From: a virus
IMG/VR virus record: IMGVR_UViG_3300022413_000352
Location: 2,903 to 66,902 of that record
Length of the DNA stretch: 64,000 nucleotides
Strand: one strand, 5' to 3'
A program made the position numbers and the translations under genes. Shown one piece after another: positions 19,502 through 28,200 of this stretch (position 1 is its first letter; every line of letters starts with the position of its first letter). The notes below the pieces were generated by a model. That model worked only from the letters and a program-made list of their open reading frames with translations. It was not told the DNA's origin and did no database searches.

Positions 19502-19719
19502 CAGTTATCTCCTAAGTGTTCCGCGTCTACCTCACCAGGGTTGTCTTCTGCCACGATCACATCCACTTCAGCCCCAAACGGATCCAATATGCCAGTTCTC
19601 CGAGTTGGGTGACTGGCTTCATGTATCTTCATCACGCTCAAATGAGGCGATACGAACCGACAATGGCCACACGCATAGGAAATGTGCCCCCACATGCTAG
19701 TAACCGATGTAAAACTCAT
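19498..19719 (-). CDS. Small C2H2-like zinc-finger protein
   Basis: CGHC..HEASH; its stop codon is supplied by the IS right end. Confidence 0.55.
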   Translation of the reverse strand: MSFTSVTSMWGHISYACGHCRFVSPHLSVMKIHEASHPTRRTGILDPFGAEVDVIVAEDNPGEVDAEHLGDNW

Positions 19720-20156
19720 GTCCGCTCCCTATGGTAAATGGCGTTAAACGAAAACAGCCACCGATCTTTCTCATCGGCAAGCGATAGTGGGGCAGGCGGT
19801 TGTAAGATTTCCGCATACTCATAGATCACACCCGTCAGTGTCCGGCGCTTCACCATGATTAAATCAACCGCTTCATACACGAGCCACAACGTCGCCCATG
19901 CATCCTGATACGCGCTTGCCACGTTTCCAGCATGCCCCACCGGACGACTACGCATGAGGTGTTGAATGGCGATCGGATCTACGATTGACCCGACAGTATC
20001 ATCCAACGTACGGACAGGAGGCAAGCCGCCAGTTGGACGCAGCGCAAGCTGAAAGTCTGGAGCCCCATCGCCATCTTCTAAGTCTGGCTTATAAATGGAC
20101 AATGTTTCAAGTCCAGCCTGGGCGTTGATGTATGTATGAAGCTCGTCAAGTATCAT
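19716..20156 (-). CDS. Tail terminator / tail completion protein
   Basis: PTGGLPP..IQHLMRS..LQPPAPL..DEKDRWLFSFN pattern; position after neck gene; likely start MILDEL. Confidence 0.65.
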   Translation of the reverse strand: MILDELHTYINAQAGLETLSIYKPDLEDGDGAPDFQLALRPTGGLPPVRTLDDTVGSIVDPIAIQHLMRSRPVGHAGNVASAYQDAWATLWLVYEAVDLIMVKRRTLTGVIYEYAEILQPPAPLSLADEKDRWLFSFNAIYHRERT

Positions 20157-20169
20157 GGTGCGCTCGCAT

Positions 20170-20215
20170 AAAAAAAGGCCGGGATAGAGAAGGGGCAGCA
20201 ACTCTATCCCAGCCC
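20170..20215 (-). terminator. Intrinsic terminator-like hairpin
   Basis: Minus strand GGGCTGGGATAGAG..CTCTATCCCGGCC followed by a T7 run. Confidence 0.55.
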
Positions 20216-20268
20216 TATTTAGGTACCAACCACCCGACAGAGGTCAGCCCTATAGATACCGGATACCG

Positions 20269-20505
20269 TTATTTAATTCTTTTGACTTCGTGCCCGGACA
20301 GTGACCCGATTTGTAGTACACCGTCCTCAATGGCGATTTCTAAAACCAGTTTACCATAAAAATCTCTCTGACAACAATCACTGGTTAGGCGAGTCAATAA
20401 TTCAAGGATATGATCAATCGCCTCAACATTGGCTTGATGCGACACACGAGAATCTGGCGATCGGGGTCTTGAGTAATTACTTCGAGACGAGATCGGGCGA
20501 GTCAT
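20269..20505 (-). CDS. Small hypothetical protein
   Basis: 78 aa coupled to the upstream gene; FYGKLVLEIAIEDG pattern. Confidence 0.5.
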   Translation of the reverse strand: MTRPISSRSNYSRPRSPDSRVSHQANVEAIDHILELLTRLTSDCCQRDFYGKLVLEIAIEDGVLQIGSLSGHEVKRIK

Positions 20506-20936
20506 TACACAGAGAACGCGACGTGAACCGCGAAATCCTGCGCGAACGTCGCCCGCATGAGTAACGTCGGCTGCTCTAGGAATTTGAAGGAACCATCGCG
20601 AGCATAGTAACTGTATTTAGCGCCACTCGGTGAAAAACCGCCAGTACGGCCTGATCTCGGATTCTCATGCACATCAAAAGCATAATCAGCCGTATACGAG
20701 ATAGCGCCCGTGTACACCTGCCCTGGTTTAGCGTACTCAATCACCATCGTATCTTTGAGGTGGGGTTCAGTGGGCTCTTTGAGGTCTTCGGGCAAGCCGT
20801 ACGGTACAAGCGCCTGCGAATTCTTAGCGAGTTCGTCAAGCTGACCATCGATAAATTTAGTAATAACCCCAGGTAACTTGTTCCCAAGGGTTTTGATGTC
20901 ATCGTCAAATTGTTTCAGATCGAGTATCAATTCCAT
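20505..20936 (-). CDS. Neck protein, HK97 gp10-like
   Basis: SQALVP..L..T..ISYTADYAFDVHE..KFLEQP gp10-like motifs. Confidence 0.7.
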   Translation of the reverse strand: MELILDLKQFDDDIKTLGNKLPGVITKFIDGQLDELAKNSQALVPYGLPEDLKEPTEPHLKDTMVIEYAKPGQVYTGAISYTADYAFDVHENPRSGRTGGFSPSGAKYSYYARDGSFKFLEQPTLLMRATFAQDFAVHVAFSV

Positions 20937-21288
20937 CAGTGCCCCCGATCACAGTGCCAGGCATGTCAAATCCATACGCTTCCTCAGTATTCTTCACCCC
21001 TAACCACTCAGGTGGGCGGAATCCATGAGGGACCACCTCAAACCGTTCACGTATGAACATCCCCCAGATATCCGACGTTGCTTTAATCACCACTGTCACA
21101 AAATCAGGATGCGGATTCTCTTCTAGCCTAAAGTATTCAATGGCTTCATCACTGTCAATATCGGATAGATAGACATCATACCCCTCTTTGACAGGTGTGA
21201 CAATATAGCGACTATCCATATAGCGGCGATCTTCAACCTGTATGGAAGGACGGGACTCACGTCTGCCAGTGGTGCTAAACCGTGCCAT
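20905..21288 (-). CDS. Hypothetical protein
   Basis: 127 aa with AAAGGG RBS, first gene of the neck/tail cluster. Confidence 0.5.
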   Translation of the reverse strand: MARFSTTGRRESRPSIQVEDRRYMDSRYIVTPVKEGYDVYLSDIDSDEAIEYFRLEENPHPDFVTVVIKATSDIWGMFIRERFEVVPHGFRPPEWLGVKNTEEAYGFDMPGTVIGGTDGIDTRSETI

Positions 21289-21337
21289 ACTTACCCTTTC
21301 TACAAGCTGTGTATACTTAACTCAGGGAGAAAAATAA

Positions 21338-21823
21338 ATGATCACTCACGTCTCACCTATTATTAAACCATTAGAGCCCACACCACTGTTTTCCCGCCGT
21401 AGGTGGCTCATCGTCCAGGATTGGCGACATCAGCTACCCGATCACACGATCTGCCTCATTCCCAAAGGCACTGTGATTGACGGTGCTAGTGTCCCTCGAC
21501 CATTCAACGCGCTAGTGTCCCCAACAGGGAGTCTATTCATACCGAGCATCATTCACGATTTCGGATACCAATGTGATTACCTGCTTGTGGATGAGGACAG
21601 CGTCATTGAAAAGCGACATGAAAACGCCGGACGTAAACACTGGGATGATTTATTCTTCACAGTCGCCGAGCAACACGGACAACGATCAACCGCCTATCAT
21701 CGTATGATATGGGCAACAATCCGCATGTTTGGTGGCATTGCATGGTCCCATTGTCGTAAGCCACGAGATGAGTCGTTTTACCAACATCAAGATAGTCCCG
21801 AGGAACCAGATGGCGATGCTTGA
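21338..21823 (+). CDS. DUF1353-family protein
   Basis: IPKGTVIDGASVPR..SIIHDFGY..WDDLF..IRMFG motifs. Confidence 0.75.
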   Translation: MITHVSPIIKPLEPTPLFSRRRWLIVQDWRHQLPDHTICLIPKGTVIDGASVPRPFNALVSPTGSLFIPSIIHDFGYQCDYLLVDEDSVIEKRHENAGRKHWDDLFFTVAEQHGQRSTAYHRMIWATIRMFGGIAWSHCRKPRDESFYQHQDSPEEPDGDA

Positions 21824-22131
21824 TTTTGTAACGTGTGGATCACTTCATCGATGTCGGATGGACGCCACAGGAAAACCTCAGGCGGTTGGGTGACTTCTCG
21901 GAACGCATCGAGCCAACCGGTTTGATACGGCGACACACGACCCTTTTCGGTCTTGAGCTCGGCGACGATTTGACGACCATGCCCTAACATGACAAGATCG
22001 GGGAAGCCTGGCGCTGATTTACGACTATCATGGGTGTGATATACCGTCCAATTTAACATGCACGCAGTACGAATTAATTGGCTCTGAAACTGCTTTTCAG
22101 TAATATGTTTATACAGTTCAGGATGCTTCAA
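21787..22131 (-). CDS. VRR-NUC domain nuclease (putative resolvase)
   Basis: TEKQFQ..GFPDLV..AELKTEKGRVSPYQ..W..WRPSD. Confidence 0.85.
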   Translation of the reverse strand: MKHPELYKHITEKQFQSQLIRTACMLNWTVYHTHDSRKSAPGFPDLVMLGHGRQIVAELKTEKGRVSPYQTGWLDAFREVTQPPEVFLWRPSDIDEVIHTLQNQASPSGSSGLS

Positions 22132-22772
22132 AATGGCAACTCCACCTGATTATCAACCGTTATCTCTCGCAACCGATCAATCGTCGCCATACAATCGCCC
22201 AACGCCCGATGCCCACCATTGAGTGGTTGAAATTTGAAGTCGTCGTAGTAAGAATTCCAATCGTTCACCCATGTGGCGTATATTTTCATGGCACAGAACC
22301 AATTTGTCGGGATATCTGGGCGTCCGATCACAGTGGGGCATCTCGTTGAAAACGGCGTCAAGCCATACAACTCAGAGCCCCTAAGAAGCATTTCAGTATC
22401 GAACGACTTGTTGTAGACCAGCACCATAGACGCCGAGTTAAATATGTCCACAATTTCTTCATACACATCCCCAAATGTTGGCTTATCCGCCACATCCCTG
22501 TTGCTAATGCCGTGAATTTTGGTCGCGTAGTGTGGAATCGGTAATTTGGGCTTAATCAGGGAATCAAAGAGGACAGTGCCGTATAAACTCACAATCGCGA
22601 TCTCTACGATTTCCGCTTCTTTATTCGACAGTAACCCGGTGGTTTCGGTATCCATCACGACGACACCCGGATCCTCAAACATGCGCGTTGTCCACTCAAC
22701 CGCTTTGATCTTCCGCTCGTGTCGCCACTCTATTGAGCCCTTTTTCACTTCGTTCATCCTGATCTCGCGCAC
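22128..22772 (-). CDS. DEDDh 3'-5' exonuclease (DnaQ-like)
   Basis: MDTETTGL, IHGI, YNKSFD, HRALGDC motifs. Confidence 0.88.
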   Translation of the reverse strand: MREIRMNEVKKGSIEWRHERKIKAVEWTTRMFEDPGVVVMDTETTGLLSNKEAEIVEIAIVSLYGTVLFDSLIKPKLPIPHYATKIHGISNRDVADKPTFGDVYEEIVDIFNSASMVLVYNKSFDTEMLLRGSELYGLTPFSTRCPTVIGRPDIPTNWFCAMKIYATWVNDWNSYYDDFKFQPLNGGHRALGDCMATIDRLREITVDNQVELPF

Positions 22773-24439
22773 CCAGAGCTAGGAGGTCTGATTACCAATG
22801 TTCTCCCAATATCTGGTGCTAGTCCGTTAAATGGGTAGTTGACTGTGTTCCCAAGCTCTACCATTACCGTGCGATCTAGTGTGATTGTGTTTGAAGCGGA
22901 GTTTCGTGCCACCACAGTCGCGATGTTTCCTTGATCTAATCCAATCTGGACAGTATCCCCAGTTACCCGTCCATGTCCTGGACTAAAACAACTCTCGTCA
23001 CTTAGGGTGAGAATATTGCCGTTAATAGCCGATACCGTTGCGAGACTTACCCCATCGTCAATACCGGGTGAACCGGCAGCTAATTCGTATGAACTCACAC
23101 CCTCAACAAACGGAAATGGGCTTGTCTCAAAAATAGGAGTACCTACAAGTGAGTTAGCATCTTGCCCAGTTCCCGACCGCCATAAAGCTAACGTGGCGAA
23201 AAATGTGGTGGTCTCCGCTTCCTCCCAAAATACATCGGCTTCTCGACTAAACAAGTTACCATCTGAACGCCAGGTGAACGGACCGTCTTTCGTCTCGATG
23301 TTTCGTATATCTGCGAAATCAGTCGTCACACTTGGAGCCACGAGCGCCATATTATTCAGCAACGCCCCTTCTCCCGACAATCGGGAGTATAGCGTCCGAA
23401 ATTGGGCGAGGTTGGTTTCAAGAACAGATACATTGTGAGCCACGCAGGTATCAAGTGTCGCTGGAGCAGTAATGGCAGTCCCACCGACGATGATCGCTCG
23501 GCCATTCTGATCAACCGAGATATTCCGACGAATGATAACGCCACGTGTTTGTATTCCAGCTTGCTCCGCACTCGCGACTATACACACGCCGATATTGTCG
23601 AGACAGACATTATCTTCCATCGTAACGTTCGTCGCGCCATCTACATAGAGCGCAGTATGCTCGCTGGCAGTGCCTGAGTTTTTTACCACGTTATTGGCGA
23701 TAAGTCCGTTAGTGGGGATCCCCTCATTTAACCGACCAATCACATCAATCCCGATCATTGACACATTATCAAGGATGTTTCCCGTAATCGTAAACCCGTC
23801 AATTGCCCTCGAAAGCGTAAGAGCTTCGTCATATGCTCCAGCCTCTCCTGTCACTAGATTTGTCAGCTCATTATCTGTGATCTCAATGTCACATATCTGA
23901 CCAAACTTCGTTTGATTCTCACTGCCGTCAAGCCAGATGCCATGCCCATCAACTCCAACGGCATCGATCTGATCATGGATGGCTAAATTCTTAATAACCA
24001 CGCTATTTACTCGGCATGCACCTGTTTCAAACCCATTTGTGCCTACAAAAACACCCGCACCAGTGTGGTCGCGTATCGTAAATCCGTCTAAAACAATCCC
24101 ACCTGATGATGCTGTAATCCTAATTTGCTGCCCGCTTCCCGTCAAAGTTCCATCGATGATCGCAGTGCGTGGCCCCTTTAGCGTAATCGGGTTCTCTTTA
24201 GTACAGTTCCAGCCTGTAATGGTTACAAGCCCAGCATACGACCCTGCCACCATATTGATCGTGTCACCACACCCAGCAGGGCCGTCAAATGTAACCGCTC
24301 TGGCCAAGGTTAGCCACGCATTACCCTCGCTTAGCCCGTCCGCAGAATCATTACCAGTTGTACTAACAAAGTAATCAGTCGCGAGCGCATGAGAAAAAGA
24401 TAGACAGATGATCAGAAAGGCCAGAATATGTGCCATCAA
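22754..24439 (-). CDS. Secreted parallel beta-helix (pectin-lyase-like) protein
   Basis: Signal peptide ..SHALA/TDYFVSTTGNDSADG..W.TL; GDTI..AGSY; Asn ladder; SPGIDDG and APDIG C-terminal motifs. Confidence 0.75.
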   Translation of the reverse strand: MMAHILAFLIICLSFSHALATDYFVSTTGNDSADGLSEGNAWLTLARAVTFDGPAGCGDTINMVAGSYAGLVTITGWNCTKENPITLKGPRTAIIDGTLTGSGQQIRITASSGGIVLDGFTIRDHTGAGVFVGTNGFETGACRVNSVVIKNLAIHDQIDAVGVDGHGIWLDGSENQTKFGQICDIEITDNELTNLVTGEAGAYDEALTLSRAIDGFTITGNILDNVSMIGIDVIGRLNEGIPTNGLIANNVVKNSGTASEHTALYVDGATNVTMEDNVCLDNIGVCIVASAEQAGIQTRGVIIRRNISVDQNGRAIIVGGTAITAPATLDTCVAHNVSVLETNLAQFRTLYSRLSGEGALLNNMALVAPSVTTDFADIRNIETKDGPFTWRSDGNLFSREADVFWEEAETTTFFATLALWRSGTGQDANSLVGTPIFETSPFPFVEGVSSYELAAGSPGIDDGVSLATVSAINGNILTLSDESCFSPGHGRVTGDTVQIGLDQGNIATVVARNSASNTITLDRTVMVELGNTVNYPFNGLAPDIGRTLVIRPPSSGCARSG

Positions 24440-24566
24440 AACCTCCGAACCCCTATGCTCGGGGTAGGGTTATCATTTCCCACCAAATAGTCTGTAGAGA
24501 ATTCTACAACCTACGCTCCTTTATGCCGCCCCCATCGTCTGCCCCTTTTGGCTGTACCGTATCCTC

Positions 24567-24992
24567 TTACGGCATCTGTTGAACTGTCGAGGGTGTACAC
24601 ATCGGCTCGCCCCACATTTGCCCATTTCCGTCTTTCATATACACACACTGGAATATTGCCGTTACTTGTTCGATCATCACGTTAAGTGGCTGATTTTTTG
24701 GTCCCTGACGCCCATCTATCGACGCTGTAATCGTGAACCAATCACCATGCTTGAGACCTAGCGACTCGCATGTCGCCTCTGCTTTGTTATCGTCTCCTGA
24801 TACCTGATACGTATCAATCTCTACCGCGTTTATTTGCGGCATGGTCATCACCGCTTCAGAACTATCCGCTTTGTAGATGTGATATCCAACCGTCCGCTCT
24901 GATGCAGGACGTTCCCACGATACATAACAAGCCTGAGCCGATACGATCGTGGGCAGTAGTAATACGACTAAACCGACCAATAATCGCTTCAT
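24567..24992 (-). CDS. Small secreted protein (FN3-like)
   Basis: MKRLLVGLVVLLLPTIVSA signal peptide; VSWERP..GYHIY..WFTITA. Confidence 0.6.
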   Translation of the reverse strand: MKRLLVGLVVLLLPTIVSAQACYVSWERPASERTVGYHIYKADSSEAVMTMPQINAVEIDTYQVSGDDNKAEATCESLGLKHGDWFTITASIDGRQGPKNQPLNVMIEQVTAIFQCVYMKDGNGQMWGEPMCTPSTVQQMP

Positions 24993-24999
24993 GATGCTC

Positions 25000-25392
25000 C
25001 TAACGATAGTTTACTGTAATGTTCTTTACAGCAGGGGGAATGCAAATCTCGTTACTGAATTCACTTGCAATCGGGGCTTTCGTTTCAATGACTTCGCCCA
25101 TGGTAAGCATGGAAAAACAAAGCGGTTGGTCACGGGTAAAGACAAAGCTAAAACGTCTCACATCAATCGGTACGTATATCATATCCTCGTAGGGTTGCGG
25201 CATGTCGGCTAGATCGCATACGAGAACATCACCCCTAGACGATTCACCCCATGCAAGATAGAAACTTTTAGCGATTACACCCGCGTTTTCGGCGTCATCA
25301 TAATCCCACGCCATCGTGATTTTTGGCACGAAGTCTTGGGCGTAACTAATCGACGCTGCCAACAGAATAATCAACAGAGTCAATGCTTTCAT
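25000..25392 (-). CDS. Small secreted protein (FN3-like)
   Basis: MKALTLLIILLAASISYA signal peptide; ITMAWD..FYLAWG..SEFSNE. Confidence 0.6.
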   Translation of the reverse strand: MKALTLLIILLAASISYAQDFVPKITMAWDYDDAENAGVIAKSFYLAWGESSRGDVLVCDLADMPQPYEDMIYVPIDVRRFSFVFTRDQPLCFSMLTMGEVIETKAPIASEFSNEICIPPAVKNITVNYR

Positions 25393-25600
25393 GGTTACCT
25401 CGTTTGTACTCGACTAGGGCAAGTAAAGCCGATTGGTGCTCAAGTAATGTCTTAGCGTGCCAGGACTTGAATAACGGATTGAGACCCACGATCGATAGCC
25501 GACCATCACGGACGCGGAAGGTGCCGCCCGCTTTTATGATCGAATCGTAGACTTCCGTTGTCGTGATATCTCGCCTCATAGTAGTCACTCCAGCACACAA
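25346..25600 (-). CDS. Hypothetical protein
   Basis: Short ORF coupled within the operon. Confidence 0.4.
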   Translation of the reverse strand: MCAGVTTMRRDITTTEVYDSIIKAGGTFRVRDGRLSIVGLNPLFKSWHAKTLLEHQSALLALVEYKRGNHESIDSVDYSVGSVD

Positions 25601-25787
25601 ATAGCCTGATTATTCCACCCAATGCAAATATGGCACACAACACCCATACGCCAATATACCAGTAAATAAAAAAGGACATACACCCCTTTGCCACAAGGCG
25701 CGACTACCTGCCACCTACGGTACATAGTCGCGCCTTGCTGGAGTACCCCACTACGACCGAGGCAGGTCAGTGGTAGCAGGGGTTTCG

Positions 25788-26099
25788 TTATTTCATACCT
25801 CGCCATGCAATTGAGTAATGATTCCCATCTTCAAACCGACCGCCCCAGCTCCCACCGATGCTTTCCCAGTATTCACCAAGTGGCTCGTGTGACTTTGTTG
25901 ATCTGAGATAGCGACCGTTTTTGAACAAGTTAAGATCAACCGCTAAGCGCTTACAATGCAGGCTTTTATCGTGCCCATGCGTAACCTCAGGCGAGCGGTA
26001 AGTGTCCCCGAAAGTAACCTCATACCCAAGTATCTCAGCATGTAGTATGAGCCTGGCTACCATGCCCGCGAATTTGGATTGCGTCTCTCGTAATGTCAT
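25788..26099 (-). CDS. M15-family peptidase (probable endolysin)
   Basis: GDTYRS..SLHCKRLAVDLNL..WGGRF.DGNHYS; likely start MTLRE at 26099. Confidence 0.85.
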   Translation of the reverse strand: MTLRETQSKFAGMVARLILHAEILGYEVTFGDTYRSPEVTHGHDKSLHCKRLAVDLNLFKNGRYLRSTKSHEPLGEYWESIGGSWGGRFEDGNHYSIAWRGMK

Positions 26100-26185
26100 C
26101 GGAAGCTCTGGTAGGCGCAATATAGTGGCGTACCTAAAACAAGTAATACAATCAATATTTTAAGGGCAATGTTGGCGGATGTCAT
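26096..26185 (-). CDS. 29-aa single-TM peptide upstream of the endolysin (holin-like candidate)
   Basis: AAGGA RBS; MTSANIALKILIVLLVLGTPLYCAYQSFR; ATGA overlap with the endolysin start. Confidence 0.45.
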   Translation of the reverse strand: MTSANIALKILIVLLVLGTPLYCAYQSFR

Positions 26186-26197
26186 AACATTCCTTTA

Positions 26198-26411
26198 ACG
26201 GGGAGTGACGCACTTTCACACTCCCCGTCAGTCACTCAGACATGCGCGCCGGGCGGTACGATCCCGAGCCTGAGTGCTTTAATTTGGGAACGCAGCGAGA
26301 GCACCTTATACTCACTGCGCCCACCACTCAGATCCAAACCGTGGAGAGGGTTCACGGCATCTGAGCGTTACTGAAACGGTGAGAGAGGGCGACTGTATAT
26401 CCTCTCTCACC
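26198..26411. other. Array of five adjacent stem-loops
   Basis: Inverted repeats at about 26198-26228, 26233-26276, 26285-26323, 26325-26367 and 26378-26411. Confidence 0.6.
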
Positions 26412-26503
26412 TAGTCGCCTGATAACCCAGCCCCCAGAAATGAATTCTCAGGCGTTTTATACTCAATGAATACCAGTACAAGTGTTCACACTATAAAATG
26501 CCT

Positions 26504-26920
26504 TTAAAGGGTATTCTCGTGCGTTACAGGCGGTAATTCGAGCCAGCAGTTGACGCCTTGGATCATACGGCGCGACAGATTCACGTCTGAGAGGTTCCAG
26601 GGTTGCCCACGTTGCCCATCCATAATTTCCTTGACCAATTGCTCGCATTCAACACGAATTGGGATATTTGACACGTTCTCGGCTGTTAGACGCCCTAATA
26701 GGAAGTTGAGGGCATAATGTTCAACATGGTGCTTACGGCATCCGTTCCGAATAACGGCGTTAGAGTACAACGTAACGCCATGCTCATCGCTATATCCAAA
26801 CATCCCAACGAAATTATTCTTGCCACTCTTAAGCTCGTTCACTTCAACGTATCCATGTGCTTCAGACATTATCTTCCTCCGCAGCAACCGCACACTCATA
26901 GCAGAGCGGATCCTCGGCAC
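26504..26920 (-). CDS. Hypothetical protein
   Basis: GGAGG RBS before internal MSEAHG; co-oriented with neighbours. Confidence 0.45.
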   Translation of the reverse strand: MPRIRSAMSVRLLRRKIMSEAHGYVEVNELKSGKNNFVGMFGYSDEHGVTLYSNAVIRNGCRKHHVEHYALNFLLGRLTAENVSNIPIRVECEQLVKEIMDGQRGQPWNLSDVNLSRRMIQGVNCWLELPPVTHENTL

Positions 26921-26980
26921 GGTATGGGTAATGGGTTGGAAGTCGTTCGCCGCATGAGATGCAAAACGTGTAGGTTGGCA

Positions 26981-27184
26981 CTATTCATACCCCTTTGTAA
27001 TACTCTTAGACGCTTCGATATCTCTCATCAACTTATTGCTCCGCGACCACGACACCAAATCTTCAGCCACCAAGATCAGCATCTTGATTTCACGGTACGA
27101 TAAATCATCCATTTTGCCCCTGGCAATGATGCAGTCCTCATTCACCGCTGCCATGAATATATCAACGTAAGTTTGTTCATTCAT
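26981..27184 (-). CDS. Hypothetical protein
   Basis: 67 aa, coupled to the upstream ORF. Confidence 0.45.
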   Translation of the reverse strand: MNEQTYVDIFMAAVNEDCIIARGKMDDLSYREIKMLILVAEDLVSWSRSNKLMRDIEASKSITKGYE

Positions 27185-27393
27185 CAGTCGCCCCTTTCGT
27201 CTACCAAATCAAGCAACGACTCAAGCGCAGCCCCATGGCTCGGAAATAGACTTGAATAATCCATGAATCGTTGCTTAACGCCACTGTAACAGCGAATGCC
27301 TAACATCGATGATCGGCTGCGCTCATGCCATTTTTCTTGAGGCGTGTCCCGCCAATCTTTTCGCTTGTCCACAGTGCCACCTTCATCAGGCAT
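27184..27393 (-). CDS. Hypothetical protein
   Basis: 69 aa, coupled ORF. Confidence 0.45.
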   Translation of the reverse strand: MPDEGGTVDKRKDWRDTPQEKWHERSRSSMLGIRCYSGVKQRFMDYSSLFPSHGAALESLLDLVDERGD

Positions 27394-27607
27394 TAAACTT
27401 TTCCTCTAACTCGATTACCTCACACGCTTCACACAGCACCTCGGATTCCAACTGCCCGGTGTTGATTTTCAGATCATCACCACATATCGGGCAGAATGAG
27501 AATAGGACTTCTTGGAATATGTCATCGGGTGGTAGATCGTCTTCGTAGCGATGGAAATACTCGGTGATTTTCATGGTTTGCCCCTTTGTGCTGGAGCAAG
27601 TTATCAT
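27386..27607 (-). CDS. Small zinc-ribbon protein
   Basis: CPIC..CEAC. Confidence 0.5.
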   Translation of the reverse strand: MITCSSTKGQTMKITEYFHRYEDDLPPDDIFQEVLFSFCPICGDDLKINTGQLESEVLCEACEVIELEEKFNA

Positions 27608-27824
27608 TTTGATAACTTGCTTTTGCCTTACCCCTCACTCAATCTCTAACTATATGATAGCCTAGTACGAAACATAATGCAAGGGAAAAGCGACGTAAAA
27701 TGTGGAAATCGAGGGCAGTGAAAAATAGTTTGAAAAACCGTTAATTCTGGCACGATTTTTTGCATCGCGCGTATCGCGTTATATAGGATACGAAAATGGA
27801 CATCGAAAAAAGTGCCCGATGCCT

Positions 27825-28110
27825 GTCTATTCCGGATACTCCGAATCGGTGATTTTACTTGACGATTTCCATCAAGTAAAAAACCCGGTATTAAAGTTGA
27901 CATTTCATTCTTGTAAAAATACTTGACACTGTAAGTCCTTTATTATCTATGCGAATTCGGAGTTTCCGGAGTTATCGGTGTTTCGCAGTATCTTCGGTAT
28001 TCTTCGTAGTTACTGTTTCAGAGTTTTCGTGGTAAACCGACCCTTGTTTTTTTGTTCGGAGTAACAAATATCTGTAAAAAATGATTTTTTATTATTATTA
28101 TTATTATTTA
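27825..28110. other. Candidate replication origin
   Basis: Non-coding region downstream of the primase-helicase; multiple degenerate TTCG(G/T/C)AGT-like octamers; T runs and a (TTA)n AT-rich tract. Confidence 0.4.
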
Positions 28111-28200
28111 CACCCTATATTAGTCAGATAGCTATATACCTATACTGATGGTAAAATATCAGGAGGACAAGCAATCTGTCCCCCTGATATCAGTCAAGCA

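Noticed and set aside
27646-27903. 85-aa minus-strand ORF
   Set aside because: Atypical composition, no clear RBS, overlaps the putative origin and promoter region
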